From an uncultured Peptococcaceae bacterium (lineage in GTDB: Bacteria > Bacillota > Desulfotomaculia > Desulfotomaculales > Desulfocucumaceae), in assembly GCA_964643075.1 (NCBI GenBank), contig CAZXQO010000001.1:106961-130960 (forward strand): a stretch of 24,000 nt of DNA. Reading direction: 5' to 3'. The translations under genes were made by a program, and so were the position numbers. Below the pieces are notes generated by a model. That model made no database searches and was not told the origin of the DNA. It was given only the letters and a program-made list of their open reading frames with translations. Positions within the stretch are counted from its first letter, which is position 1. The number at the start of each line of letters is the position of its first letter. Positions 1 to 8,491 of the stretch are shown here, in pieces.

Positions 1-1318
1 CTTTGGAAACCTGTCTTACGGAAGTTTTGCCTAATGCTTTTACACCCTCTTTCATTTCATAAACAGTGGCATTTAGAAAATTGGTCAGGCTTTTAGCGCC
101 TTCATTAATGTTAAATTTATTTTTATATTTTCCTTGTTCAAAGGCAATTTGGGGTGGTGGTTCAAAAGGGACCACCTTTAAAACCTGGGTATGCAACGTC
201 GCTATCAGGATGGCAGTTCCCATATACACCGCATCCGCTCCCAGAGCCAGCATTTTCAGACAGTCACCCGGTGTGGCAAGGCCTCCCCCAATCAGGAGGC
301 TTACTTTTCCTTTTAAATTGTATTCCTCCCAAAACCTTGCCGTCCTAACTACGGCCAGGAAAGTTGGCAGTCCGAAGTCGTCCTCCAGTAAAGGCAGAGA
401 AGCATGGGTTCCCCCCTCCGCGCCATCAACGCTCACAAAATCTACACCCGCCTCCACCGCAATCTTGAGGTCTTCTTCAAGATACTTGCCCGCGCCGAAT
501 TTTACTCCTATAGGAACACCATCAGTTAGGTCTCTGAGATAATTTACCAGGGATTTCAGATCCTCTGGAGTGCTCACACCTTCTATCCTGTTATATACAA
601 CTGCATCCTGCCCTTTTTTTAAGCCCATTCTCTGCCCTAACTTTTTGCTGATCTTTTCTGCTTTAATAACTCTGCCTACCCCCGTACTGGCGCCGTGTCC
701 AAATTGTATTTCTACGGCATCACTTTGTTTTATGATTTTTTCATCTTTATTCCAATCTACCCTGGAATACTGTATGATTAAATGTTTTGCCGCCTGCCTA
801 TCTGCTTCCAGCCATGGTCCAATGCCTGTGTTGGTCGCTGTTCCTACAGCGCTGGCTCCTTTAGCATAGGCAATCCTATATGCTTCCGATATAGCCACAC
901 CATATCCCATAGCGCCTAACAGAATAGGGATATTTAATTTAAGGGGTTTTTGGGCTAAAGGTCCGATTACCACACTTGTGTCAATATTTGTATCCCCGGG
1001 CGTGGGTAGTGTTTCCAACTGGGCAATATTAAACATAATTTTTTCCAGATAGTTAAATTTACGCAGCCCGCCTAAAGGCCTTTCTATGAAATCATTTGCT
1101 TGAGCGCGAAGTTCTATTTCCATCAGGACGTTGGGGTTAACCCTTTGGATGACGGCAGGCAACTCCCAGAGGTTCTCTTCATATTGATCCGTTAAAATAG
1201 GATACATTGCTTTTCGAGATAAGTATCCAATTGCTTTCCTGGAAAAATATACACCACCCAAAATAGATAGAGCTGTGAGACCTATTTTTTTAAGACCGGA
1301 TGATTTTTTATCCGACAC
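1..1318 (-). CDS. FMN-binding glutamate synthase-family protein (GltB domain-2-like) with an N-terminal membrane anchor. The C-terminal end lies beyond the window start.
   Basis: Not in the ORF track because there is no stop codon in the window. My minus-strand translation from GTG at 1318-1316 (GGAGG at 1329-1325, 6-nt spacer) reads VSDKKSSGLKKIGLTALSILGGVYF. It continues through GAMGYGVAISEAYRIAYAKGASAVGTATNTGIGPW, VDGAEGGTHASLP and LLIGGGLATPGDCLKMLALGADAVYMGTA, the pattern of the glutamate-synthase FMN/TIM-barrel family. Track ORFs 66-542, 154-348 and 570-869 (+) are antisense shadows of this gene. Confidence 0.8.
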   Translation of the reverse strand, partial: MSDKKSSGLKKIGLTALSILGGVYFSRKAIGYLSRKAMYPILTDQYEENLWELPAVIQRVNPNVLMEIELRAQANDFIERPLGGLRKFNYLEKIMFNIAQLETLPTPGDTNIDTSVVIGPLAQKPLKLNIPILLGAMGYGVAISEAYRIAYAKGASAVGTATNTGIGPWLEADRQAAKHLIIQYSRVDWNKDEKIIKQSDAVEIQFGHGASTGVGRVIKAEKISKKLGQRMGLKKGQDAVVYNRIEGVSTPEDLKSLVNYLRDLTDGVPIGVKFGAGKYLEEDLKIAVEAGVDFVSVDGAEGGTHASLPLLEDDFGLPTFLAVVRTARFWEEYNLKGKVSLLIGGGLATPGDCLKMLALGADAVYMGTAILIATLHTQVLKVVPFEPPPQIAFEQGKYKNKFNINEGAKSLTNFLNATVYEMKEGVKALGKTSVRQVSK

Positions 1319-1543
1319 GATTTACCTCCATAATGCTTAGATATACTTATTATGTGCCGGAAAGAAGTTTGTTTTACACTGTCCGGAGAAAAAATAATAC
1401 ATATACTCCGTGATCATCAGGGTGCCGGCGGTATCCTTTGCTTAACCCATCAGTTCCCGCACACGCCTGGGAGTTTAATCAAGCCACCGGTGTAGAATAA
1501 TTTTTTAAAATCTAACAATAATAAGATAAAAGGAGTTGAAAAA

Positions 1544-1756
1544 ATGCTGGATGATCATACCAGATTTCAGGCAAATGATGAGTTAGCCCTGCTTAATGCT
1601 ATTTCGAATACCGAGGTAGCTGCAAAAAAAGCAGATCTATTTGCAGGGTTAGCCAAGGAAGATTTGGTGAGAAAATTTTTTCAAAATCGTGCTAAAACAT
1701 TGAAAGGTGTTAATGATAATCTTAGAAAACACCTGGATGAGTTAGGAGGATCTTAA
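1544..1756 (+). CDS. Small (70 aa) helical hypothetical protein; a four-helix-bundle or coat-F-like fold is only a weak guess
   Basis: ATG is preceded by AAAGGAG 8 nt upstream. It is the first of three tightly spaced + strand ORFs, each with a strong RBS. The sequence is helix-rich and charged, with no motif I can name. Confidence 0.5.
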   Translation: MLDDHTRFQANDELALLNAISNTEVAAKKADLFAGLAKEDLVRKFFQNRAKTLKGVNDNLRKHLDELGGS

Positions 1757-1760
1757 AAGA

Positions 1761-1952
1761 ATGGACGACCTGGATATGTTATATGACTATTATACTTCTG
1801 CCAGCATGGCTGCAGGAGGATATGCTGCAACAGCATGCCATGTAAAAGATGACAAAACTGAAAAACTGTTTAAAAAACTGACACAACAAGCAATGGATGA
1901 TGTTCTCGCAACATCAGAATTAATAATAAAATTAGGCGGCAAAATCTATTAA
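1761..1952 (+). CDS. Small (63 aa) helical hypothetical protein
   Basis: It starts 4 nt after the stop of the previous ORF, with TAGGAGGA about 10 nt upstream. No recognisable motif. Confidence 0.45.
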   Translation: MDDLDMLYDYYTSASMAAGGYAATACHVKDDKTEKLFKKLTQQAMDDVLATSELIIKLGGKIY

Positions 1953-1984
1953 ATAATTAGACTTCTATTAAGGGGGGAATCTGT

Positions 1985-2527
1985 ATGGGGCCAACCACTA
2001 ACGGTTTCATCGCAGGAGTAATTGGCGGCATAATAATGAACGCCATAAACCTAGCTGCCTACTTCATACTAAACACTACCAATATACGTTTTCTTGACTG
2101 GGCATCCATCATAATTCTTGGCAGTATGCCCAGCAATAGTGCGGAGTTTTTTTATGCCCTGTTTATTCAATTAATGTTTTCGGGGGTAATGGGGGTTATA
2201 TTTAATTACTTAATGATTTACGTATTGTCCAGGGAATATATTATAAATGCCATACTGTATTCCTTTTTTGTTTCGTTAATTTCCCGGGGATATGTATTGG
2301 CTTATAAGGTGCCCTTTCTATATACGCCATCACTTACGACCTCGATCACAAACATCTCTTCCATATTTTTGTGGGGATTAGTTCTGGGCTTCCTGCTAAA
2401 GCGTTTGAATTACAATGAGAACCTGCGTGAGGGCATGGGCGATCAATCGGAAGCATACGAAAAACCGGGTTTGGTCCCGGACAAGTCCAAGTTTAGAATC
2501 CGCTTCCCGGAGAGAAACAAGATCTAA
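1985..2527 (+). CDS. Hypothetical integral membrane protein (about 4 TM segments plus a charged C-terminal tail)
   Basis: AAGGGGGG RBS upstream of the ATG. Hydrophobic segments include GFIAGVIGGIIMNAINLAAYFIL, FFYALFIQLMFSGVMGVIFNYLMIYVL and ISSIFLWGLVLGFLL. The ORF is followed by a hairpin and T-run. Confidence 0.6.
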   Translation: MGPTTNGFIAGVIGGIIMNAINLAAYFILNTTNIRFLDWASIIILGSMPSNSAEFFYALFIQLMFSGVMGVIFNYLMIYVLSREYIINAILYSFFVSLISRGYVLAYKVPFLYTPSLTTSITNISSIFLWGLVLGFLLKRLNYNENLREGMGDQSEAYEKPGLVPDKSKFRIRFPERNKI

Positions 2528-2562
2528 ATAAACGGGAGCACACCAACTCCACTTAACAAATT

Positions 2563-2611
2563 AGGGCTGCGCCCGCTAATCAGCGGTCAGCCCTCTTTTT
2601 AATTTTTTTTT
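2563..2611 (+). terminator. Rho-independent terminator for the 1544-2527 operon; it can also act in the reverse direction for the convergent gene
   Basis: The outer stem AGGGCTG (2563-2569) pairs with CAGCCCT (2588-2594). There is an inner CCGCT/AGCGG stem, followed by CTTTTTAATTTTTTTTT (2595-2611). The structure overlaps the last codons of the minus-strand ORF 2576-3136. Confidence 0.55.
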
Positions 2612-3136
2612 CACCGGTTGGGGAGATAGTCTTAATCTCTTTGGATGCCAACTATTCTGCTGTATCTCGTCGAAATCTCCAATTCCGTACTCTTTTCTTG
2701 TTAATCTAAAATAGCCCCAGGTTGCTATTGGATACCATATTACAAAAGGAACTATGGAGTCTATTATGCCATGGCCAAGGTATATGACACCCAGTTTCGT
2801 AATCATTTGGCAAAATAGCATACTATAAATAATCCCCATAGCTACATATATAAATATGTATGGTTTTCTATTAGGCAAGAAATAAAAATACAACATATAG
2901 AATATTGACCATGAGATAGGTGCAAAAAAATGAATGCCCATCAAACCAAATGGTTCGTAGTTGATATATCCGAATGAGCCGGTTAAATTACCTATACTGA
3001 CAACCAGAAATTCAATCGCGCCCCCAAAAATAATCCCATAAATAGATAAACGGCGTATTTCCATTCTGGGTACAGCAACTACAAGAATTGCTGCAAAAAT
3101 CCCTGTATAAATGAAAGGTATGAATTTTATCGGCAT
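2576..3136 (-). CDS. Hypothetical polytopic membrane protein (186 aa)
   Basis: AAGGGGGA RBS upstream of the ATG at 3136. There are about 5 hydrophobic segments rich in aromatic residues. It lies immediately downstream of gerXC on the same strand. No motif recognised. Confidence 0.6.
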   Translation of the reverse strand: MPIKFIPFIYTGIFAAILVVAVPRMEIRRLSIYGIIFGGAIEFLVVSIGNLTGSFGYINYEPFGLMGIHFFAPISWSIFYMLYFYFLPNRKPYIFIYVAMGIIYSMLFCQMITKLGVIYLGHGIIDSIVPFVIWYPIATWGYFRLTRKEYGIGDFDEIQQNSWHPKRLRLSPQPVKKKLKRGLTAD

Positions 3137-3253
3137 TATATGTTAATCCCCCTTGGTCTATTATGATAAACCTCTTCATGGTTTTTATTCTCTCAAAAAC
3201 GCTTAAGAATATACATCACGCATTGTTGCGCTTTTTGCCTTCCCAGGTAACAC

Positions 3254-4519
3254 CTACTTTGCCTCCTTGTTTATTTTTTGAGCATTGATGCTTCTGTTAA
3301 TTAACCCTGTCCTTCGAACTTTAACATCAACTACAACGTTAACATTGGCATTAGCGATAATTTCCGGCCAATCTGCCTGCAGCTTTTTAAATTCCTGCGG
3401 ATGTTCAATGTAAAAGCGTTCCCCAAGCCCCAATATGTCGACTTTATATTCCCGGGCCTTGTCCATGGCGGCAGAAATTTCTTGTTTCACCTGAGAGGCT
3501 ATGCCGGAATTAAAGGCCTGGACGTTTTCCTTTTCGATAAAGAGTTCTTGCGATAATATGTCTGCATTACTGTCCTGTTCGACCATATTGCCTTTACAAG
3601 AAATGTCCAGATTGACGAAAAGCTCGCCGTCTTCCATGGAGGTATGAATTTTTCTTTTGCCGCCATATATCTCAAAGGTCATAAACTTGTGGTTGCCCCG
3701 GGGGTTTGGAAAGGTTATGGTGCCGTATTTGAACTTGTTATGTAGCCACAATACCCCACGGGTTTCCCGGCCGTCCAGCCAGCCCACCAGTTTATCTTGT
3801 TTAAATATAGCCGCCCCTTCTATTTTAATCTCTTTTCTGCCTGCTTCCCAAGGCGGTTCGCCCGGCGTTCTATGCCCGACGGATATTGTAGTAACCCGTG
3901 CAGCAACGGGATCAGTGCTGCGGCTGGACAACATGATCAGGAAATTGTTCAAGCTGCTGGGGTAGCTGAAAGAAGTATCCGTCTGATGGATAAATAAGCC
4001 TTCAATGGCAAGCGACGCCACGCCTTGCAGCTTGGGGCGGGCCTCTAGAATGTCCTTCGCCTTGCCCGGGGCAATCAAAATCCAGATATTTCTCCTGAGT
4101 TCGGACATCCTGTCGAAGTTGTCGAGAACATCCTTGACCCCTTTTCTGGCCAGTTTTTCTCCGATGATCACGGAAGTCATGTGGCCGAAGAAGAGGTGGT
4201 TGGCAGATATGTTGTTTATTCTTTTTACTGCTTCAAAAACAGTCGGCGCCTTTTCCGAGACCAGCCAGACCTTGCCCATTCCGGCACCGCCCCCGCCCCC
4301 GCCCATGCCCGCCTGCCCCCCGCCCCCGGTCAGCGCTCCCGGGAGGATGACCTGGATTGTCACTTCCAGCATTTCGGAATCGTCTGCCTGGTCAACGGCA
4401 ATCGATCCGACGAAGGCCAGTTTGTCGATCTCCCGCCGGCTCCAGCACCCGCTGACCAGGATCGTCACCATAAGAGTCAGAATCAGAAGAAAAACTCCCC
4501 GGCGAAAGATTTTTGCCAA
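3254..4519 (-). CDS. Spore germination receptor C subunit, Ger(x)C family lipoprotein
   Basis: TTG start with AGGGGTGA RBS, 7 nt after the gerXB1 stop. The signal peptide carries lipobox LVSGC followed by WSRREIDKLAFV, which is typical of GerAC/GerBC/GerKC. It has a Gly-rich linker (GGGGQAGMGGGGGGAGMG). Length is 421 aa. Confidence 0.9.
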   Translation of the reverse strand: MAKIFRRGVFLLILTLMVTILVSGCWSRREIDKLAFVGSIAVDQADDSEMLEVTIQVILPGALTGGGGQAGMGGGGGGAGMGKVWLVSEKAPTVFEAVKRINNISANHLFFGHMTSVIIGEKLARKGVKDVLDNFDRMSELRRNIWILIAPGKAKDILEARPKLQGVASLAIEGLFIHQTDTSFSYPSSLNNFLIMLSSRSTDPVAARVTTISVGHRTPGEPPWEAGRKEIKIEGAAIFKQDKLVGWLDGRETRGVLWLHNKFKYGTITFPNPRGNHKFMTFEIYGGKRKIHTSMEDGELFVNLDISCKGNMVEQDSNADILSQELFIEKENVQAFNSGIASQVKQEISAAMDKAREYKVDILGLGERFYIEHPQEFKKLQADWPEIIANANVNVVVDVKVRRTGLINRSINAQKINKEAK

Positions 4520-4525
4520 GATTGA

Positions 4526-5638
4526 TCACCCCTTTCCCTGTGGTCCCGCCTGCCTGGCCCCCTGCCCTCTGATTAAGGCGACAATGAGCAAAAAAACCGG
4601 GATTAGCAGTTGATGCAGTAAAGCGAAGAGGGGCCAGGGCCGCTGTGCCCAATCAACAAATTCGGGATAGTTTGAATAATTCGTGTAGGCGATAGCTATA
4701 TAAAGAATCATCATAGGCAGGAGCAGCGGCCTGGTAGTCTTAAGTTTGAGTATTTGGGCCAGACCCAGGGCGGAACTGTAGAACCATAAATTGCTCATGA
4801 TATAAACTCCGCCCACCCAGATCAGTACCAGTACGGACTCAATATGCTGGATAAAATCGGCTACGTTGACGAGTTTCACCAAATGCACGGTGGGCAGGGA
4901 AATGCGCCCACCTTCGAAAGGGCCGAATACTACCAGGTCGCCCATGGTGTTCAATTCGAAAAGCAGGCCAAGACCCAGTAAAGCAACAAGATACGGCACC
5001 ATTATTTTTTTGGGCTGGTTTACGTAGGGGATCAACATGGCCATGACCACGATGGTCCCCCGCCAGGCGTAAGGAGCCAGGCTGCCCATCAAAACCGGCT
5101 TTATGCCATTGGCCAGAAAAGGCCGCAGGTAATCCAGGTTCATGTCCTTGGCGATTAGAAAGATAATAACAATAAAAGAAAACGTGATAATTGGAAAAAA
5201 CCAGACCGTCAGCCTGGCAATGACCTCCAGGCCGTAGTTAACGGTATACACAATTACCATACCGGTAATAACAATAAAGACTATGGCGCGTGTTTCGGGC
5301 ATTACGATGGCAGACAGAAAAGAAGCCATCTCGAAAATAATTACCGTGCCGGTGTAGAAGAAATACCAGACAATCATAAGCCCTACCAGCTTGCCGAAGT
5401 ATTTGCCCAAAATGGTTTCGCTGTATTGGACGATGGTCTGGCCGGGAAACATCAGCCCCAGTTTTGTCACGGCATAGACTATGACCAGGCCCGGGACGGT
5501 CACCAGTATCTCGATCAGCCAGGCGTCCTCCCTGGCCCAGTTGATGGCAAAGGCGGGCAGTACGAACATCCCGGTTCCCAGGGGGTGAATCAGGGTTAGG
5601 ATGCTGGCCTGCCAAATAGAAATTTTACCTTTTTCCAA
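4526..5638 (-). CDS. Spore germination receptor B subunit (GerAB/APC-permease-like membrane protein), copy 1
   Basis: 370 aa with about 10 TM segments. The N-terminus MEKGKISIWQASILTL and the overall pattern are typical of the GerXB family. It sits between an A and a C subunit gene, with 5-6 nt spacers. Confidence 0.9.
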   Translation of the reverse strand: MEKGKISIWQASILTLIHPLGTGMFVLPAFAINWAREDAWLIEILVTVPGLVIVYAVTKLGLMFPGQTIVQYSETILGKYFGKLVGLMIVWYFFYTGTVIIFEMASFLSAIVMPETRAIVFIVITGMVIVYTVNYGLEVIARLTVWFFPIITFSFIVIIFLIAKDMNLDYLRPFLANGIKPVLMGSLAPYAWRGTIVVMAMLIPYVNQPKKIMVPYLVALLGLGLLFELNTMGDLVVFGPFEGGRISLPTVHLVKLVNVADFIQHIESVLVLIWVGGVYIMSNLWFYSSALGLAQILKLKTTRPLLLPMMILYIAIAYTNYSNYPEFVDWAQRPWPLFALLHQLLIPVFLLIVALIRGQGARQAGPQGKG

Positions 5639-5643
5639 TTGGC

Positions 5644-7257
5644 TTACCTCCCGGTTTTATTCTGGGGATTTTCAGGCTTCTGTCCCCTCGCGGCCCTTAC
5701 CGGGTCCTGGTGTCCGGTATCAAGGGGACGGCGGATCATGGTCCACCAGGGGGCCCTGATGAATATATCTTTTTGTCCCGCCCAGTTGGCCGGGGCGATG
5801 GACGCCAGGTAAGGCACCCCGAAGGATCTAAGGGAAGACATGTGCACGAACAGGATAAAGCCTCCCATCATCAGGCCGAAAAACCCGAGGCTGGCCGACA
5901 GCGCCATGATGGGAAATCTCAGCAGGCGGACGGATAAACCGAAAACAAAGCCGGGAATGGTGAAGGAAGCGATGGCCGTGGCAGCAACAATGATCACCAT
6001 GGCCGGCGACACGATGCTGGCCCTTACGGCGGCCTCGCCGATGACCAGCGCCCCCACGATACTGACGGCCTGGCCCACCGGCCGGGGCAAGCGGAGACCT
6101 GCTTCCCGTAAAATCTCAAAAGCAATTTCCATGATCAGCGCTTCTACAAAGGCCGGAAAGGGTATGCCCTGTCTGGCCGCGGCAAAGCTTAAAGCCAGTG
6201 CTGATGGAAGCATTTCCTGGTGGAAGGTAGTGACGGCGATATATAGCGACGGGAGAAAAAGTGCTATAAAAAAGCTAAAATACCTGAGCGCCCTGATGAA
6301 AGACGCAAAGATAAATGTCTGGTAATAGTCCTCGGCGGACTGTAAAAATTGGATGAAGGTGGCCGGAACAATCAAAGCCATGGGAGTACCGTCGGTCAGG
6401 ATGGCTACCCTACCCTCCAGCAGGGCGGCGGCGACCACATCCGGACGTTCCGTGCTCTGGATAGTCGGAAAGGGAGAAAAAGGGGCGTCCTGGATAAATT
6501 CCTCAAGATAACCCGATTCAAGAATGCCGTCGATTTTAATTTGCGCAAGACGCGCTTTCACTTCACCGATCAGACTTTTATCTGCCAACCCATCCAGGTA
6601 AGCTACCCAAACCTCGGTTTGAGTGATTGAACCTACGGTCAATTCTTCGAACCTCAACTTCGGGCTTTTTATTCTCTGCCTGATCAAGGCGCTATTAATC
6701 CGCAGATTTTCGATGAAACCTTCCCGCGGCCCCCTGATCACAGCTTCCGTGACAGGTTCCGACACATTGCGATGAACGCTGCCGCTTCGAGCGGATACTA
6801 TTATGGCCGCTTCCAGGCCTTGAACAAAAATAACCGTATCGCCTGAGAGAAGATAACTCAGCAACTTTTGAAAAGACTCTACTTCCCTGACTTCAGTTAT
6901 GCTGAGGGCATGCTCCTTAATCGTGTCGATGGTGGATTGCTTTAGATTGGCAGGGTCAATACACCGGGCTTCAAAGGTCAGGGATTTTACTACGTGCTCG
7001 GCGATACTGTCCGTGTCGGCCAGCCCGTTGATATAGACGAGCAGGGTCTGGATTCCCGACTCACCGATTTTTACCTCACGATAGATGATATCCGGACTGT
7101 TACCTAATAAATTTTTCAGTATCAGCCTATTCTGCTCAAAATTATTACTGACGGGAATAAAGTCATTACCCTGTTCCTGGCCGGGCGATTGCGCTTGCGC
7201 TTTCCTTTGATAAGACTTGCGATTTATGTTTCTAAAACTTTTAAATAATTTCGACAT
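5644..7257 (-). CDS. Spore germination receptor A subunit (GerA family), copy 1
   Basis: 537 aa with an AGGAG RBS. The soluble N-terminal half contains DIIYREVKIG, VYINGLADTD and GDTVIFVQGLEAAI. The C-terminal membrane half contains SAEDYY, RYFSFFIALFLPSLYIAVTTFHQEMLP and PFPAFVEALIMEIAFEILREAG. These are hallmarks of GerAA/GerKA. Confidence 0.92.
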   Translation of the reverse strand: MSKLFKSFRNINRKSYQRKAQAQSPGQEQGNDFIPVSNNFEQNRLILKNLLGNSPDIIYREVKIGESGIQTLLVYINGLADTDSIAEHVVKSLTFEARCIDPANLKQSTIDTIKEHALSITEVREVESFQKLLSYLLSGDTVIFVQGLEAAIIVSARSGSVHRNVSEPVTEAVIRGPREGFIENLRINSALIRQRIKSPKLRFEELTVGSITQTEVWVAYLDGLADKSLIGEVKARLAQIKIDGILESGYLEEFIQDAPFSPFPTIQSTERPDVVAAALLEGRVAILTDGTPMALIVPATFIQFLQSAEDYYQTFIFASFIRALRYFSFFIALFLPSLYIAVTTFHQEMLPSALALSFAAARQGIPFPAFVEALIMEIAFEILREAGLRLPRPVGQAVSIVGALVIGEAAVRASIVSPAMVIIVAATAIASFTIPGFVFGLSVRLLRFPIMALSASLGFFGLMMGGFILFVHMSSLRSFGVPYLASIAPANWAGQKDIFIRAPWWTMIRRPLDTGHQDPVRAARGQKPENPQNKTGR

Positions 7258-7369
7258 GGACCATGCTCCTGCTGCCTGTATTTCAGAACCATGCTTATAT
7301 CGGATAATATGAGTTATTGTTTGTGCCGTGTGGATGTTTTATGCAGGGATGTTTTTTCCGCCTGCCGGT

Positions 7370-8485
7370 TTATTCACCCTTTCCTTTTGCCCCTGACTGC
7401 CTGGCCCCCTGTCCTCTGATTAAGGCGATGATGAGTAAAAATACCGGGATTAGCAGTTGATGCAGGAAAGCGTAGGGAGGCCAGGCCCGTTGTGCAAAAT
7501 CAACAAATTCGGGGTAGTTTGAAAAATTCAACCAGGCCATGGCTATATAAATAATCATCATAGGCATTAGCAACGGCCTGGAAGTCTTAAGGTTGAGCAC
7601 TTGAGCCAGACCCAGGACGGAACAGTAGAACCATAAAGTGCTCATGGTAAAAACTGCGCCCACCCAGATCAGGACCATTATGGACTCAATATGCTGGATA
7701 AAATCAGCGACGTTAACGAGTTTTACCAAATGCACGGTGGGCAGGGAAATACGTCCTCCTTCGAAAGGACCGAAGACTGCCAGGTCGCTTACGGTGTTCA
7801 ATTCGAAAAGCAGGCCCATACCTATTAAAGCAAAAAGAAACGGCGCCTTTATTTTTTGAGGCTGGTTTACGTAAGGGATCAACATGGCCATGACCACGAT
7901 GGTCCCCCGCCAACCGTAAGGAGCCAGGCTGCCCATCAAAACCGGCTTTATGCCGTTGGCCAGGAAAGGCCGCAGGTGGTCCAGGTTCATATCCTTGTAG
8001 CTCAGCAAGACAATCAAAAGCAGTGAAACCACGATTATGGGAAAAAACCAGACAGTCAGCCTGGCAATGACTTCCAGGCCGTAGTTAACGGTATATACAA
8101 TTACCAGGCCGGTAAAAACAATAAAGACTATGGCGCGTGTTTCGGGCATTACGATAGCGGATAGAAACGAACCCATCTGAAAGAGGATTATCGAGCCGAT
8201 GCCGAAAAAATAATAGACGAACATAATCCCTACCAGTTTGCCTAAGTATTTGCCCAAAATAGTTTCGCTGTACTGGACAATGGTCTGGCCGGGAAACATC
8301 CGGCCCAGTTTTGCCACGGCAAAGACTATGACCAGACCCGGGATGGTCACCAGTATCTCGATCAGCCAGGCGTCCTCCCTGGCCCAGTTGATGGCAAAGG
8401 CGGGCAGTACGAAGAGCCCGGTTCCCAGGGGGTGGGTCAGGGTTAAGATGCCGGCCTGCCATGCGGAAATCTTACCTTTTTCCAA
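7370..8485 (-). CDS. Spore germination receptor B subunit, copy 2 (paralog of 4526-5638)
   Basis: 371 aa, collinear and by eye highly similar to copy 1 over its full length. No C-subunit gene follows it; the copy 1 operon leader starts after about 110 nt. Confidence 0.9.
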   Translation of the reverse strand: MEKGKISAWQAGILTLTHPLGTGLFVLPAFAINWAREDAWLIEILVTIPGLVIVFAVAKLGRMFPGQTIVQYSETILGKYLGKLVGIMFVYYFFGIGSIILFQMGSFLSAIVMPETRAIVFIVFTGLVIVYTVNYGLEVIARLTVWFFPIIVVSLLLIVLLSYKDMNLDHLRPFLANGIKPVLMGSLAPYGWRGTIVVMAMLIPYVNQPQKIKAPFLFALIGMGLLFELNTVSDLAVFGPFEGGRISLPTVHLVKLVNVADFIQHIESIMVLIWVGAVFTMSTLWFYCSVLGLAQVLNLKTSRPLLMPMMIIYIAMAWLNFSNYPEFVDFAQRAWPPYAFLHQLLIPVFLLIIALIRGQGARQSGAKGKGE

Positions 8486-8491
8486 TTAGCC

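Noticed and set aside
66-869. Track ORFs 66-542, 154-348 and 570-869 on the + strand
   Set aside because: The minus strand across 1-1318 is one continuous open frame with glutamate-synthase-family motifs and a GGAGG RBS. The + strand ORFs are its shadows.
4005-4613. A 202-aa + strand ORF with a poly-Pro stretch, plus overlapping ORFs 4181-4525 and 4392-4652
   Set aside because: These are antisense or off-frame to gerXC and gerXB1. The poly-Pro run is simply the complement of the GerXC poly-Gly linker.
5238-5615. A same-strand, alternative-frame 125-aa ORF inside gerXB1, with an equally long counterpart (8085-8462) inside gerXB2
   Set aside because: Conservation of the overlapping frame follows automatically from the high nucleotide identity of the tandem duplicates. 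The products are Arg/Gly/Pro-rich with no RBS or motif. There is no independent evidence for an overlapping gene.
5710-6630. Antisense ORF pairs conserved in both gerXA copies (5710-5937 with 8558-8785, 5840-6325 with 8805-9092, 6349-6630 with 9197-9478)
   Set aside because: The reason is the same as for the alternative-frame ORFs: these are shadow frames duplicated together with the real genes. Their composition is typical of antisense translation of GC-rich coding DNA.
7258-7369. Attempted call of forespore (sigma-G/F type) promoters upstream of gerXA1, and equivalently at 10100-10237 upstream of gerXA2
   Set aside because: CATATTA (copy 1) and CATACTG (copy 2) resemble a sigma-G -10 box, and GCATA resembles a -35 box. 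However, the spacing between them is about 28 nt rather than 17-18 nt, and no better -35 exists at the right distance. The conserved leader blocks are real, but I cannot support a specific promoter call.
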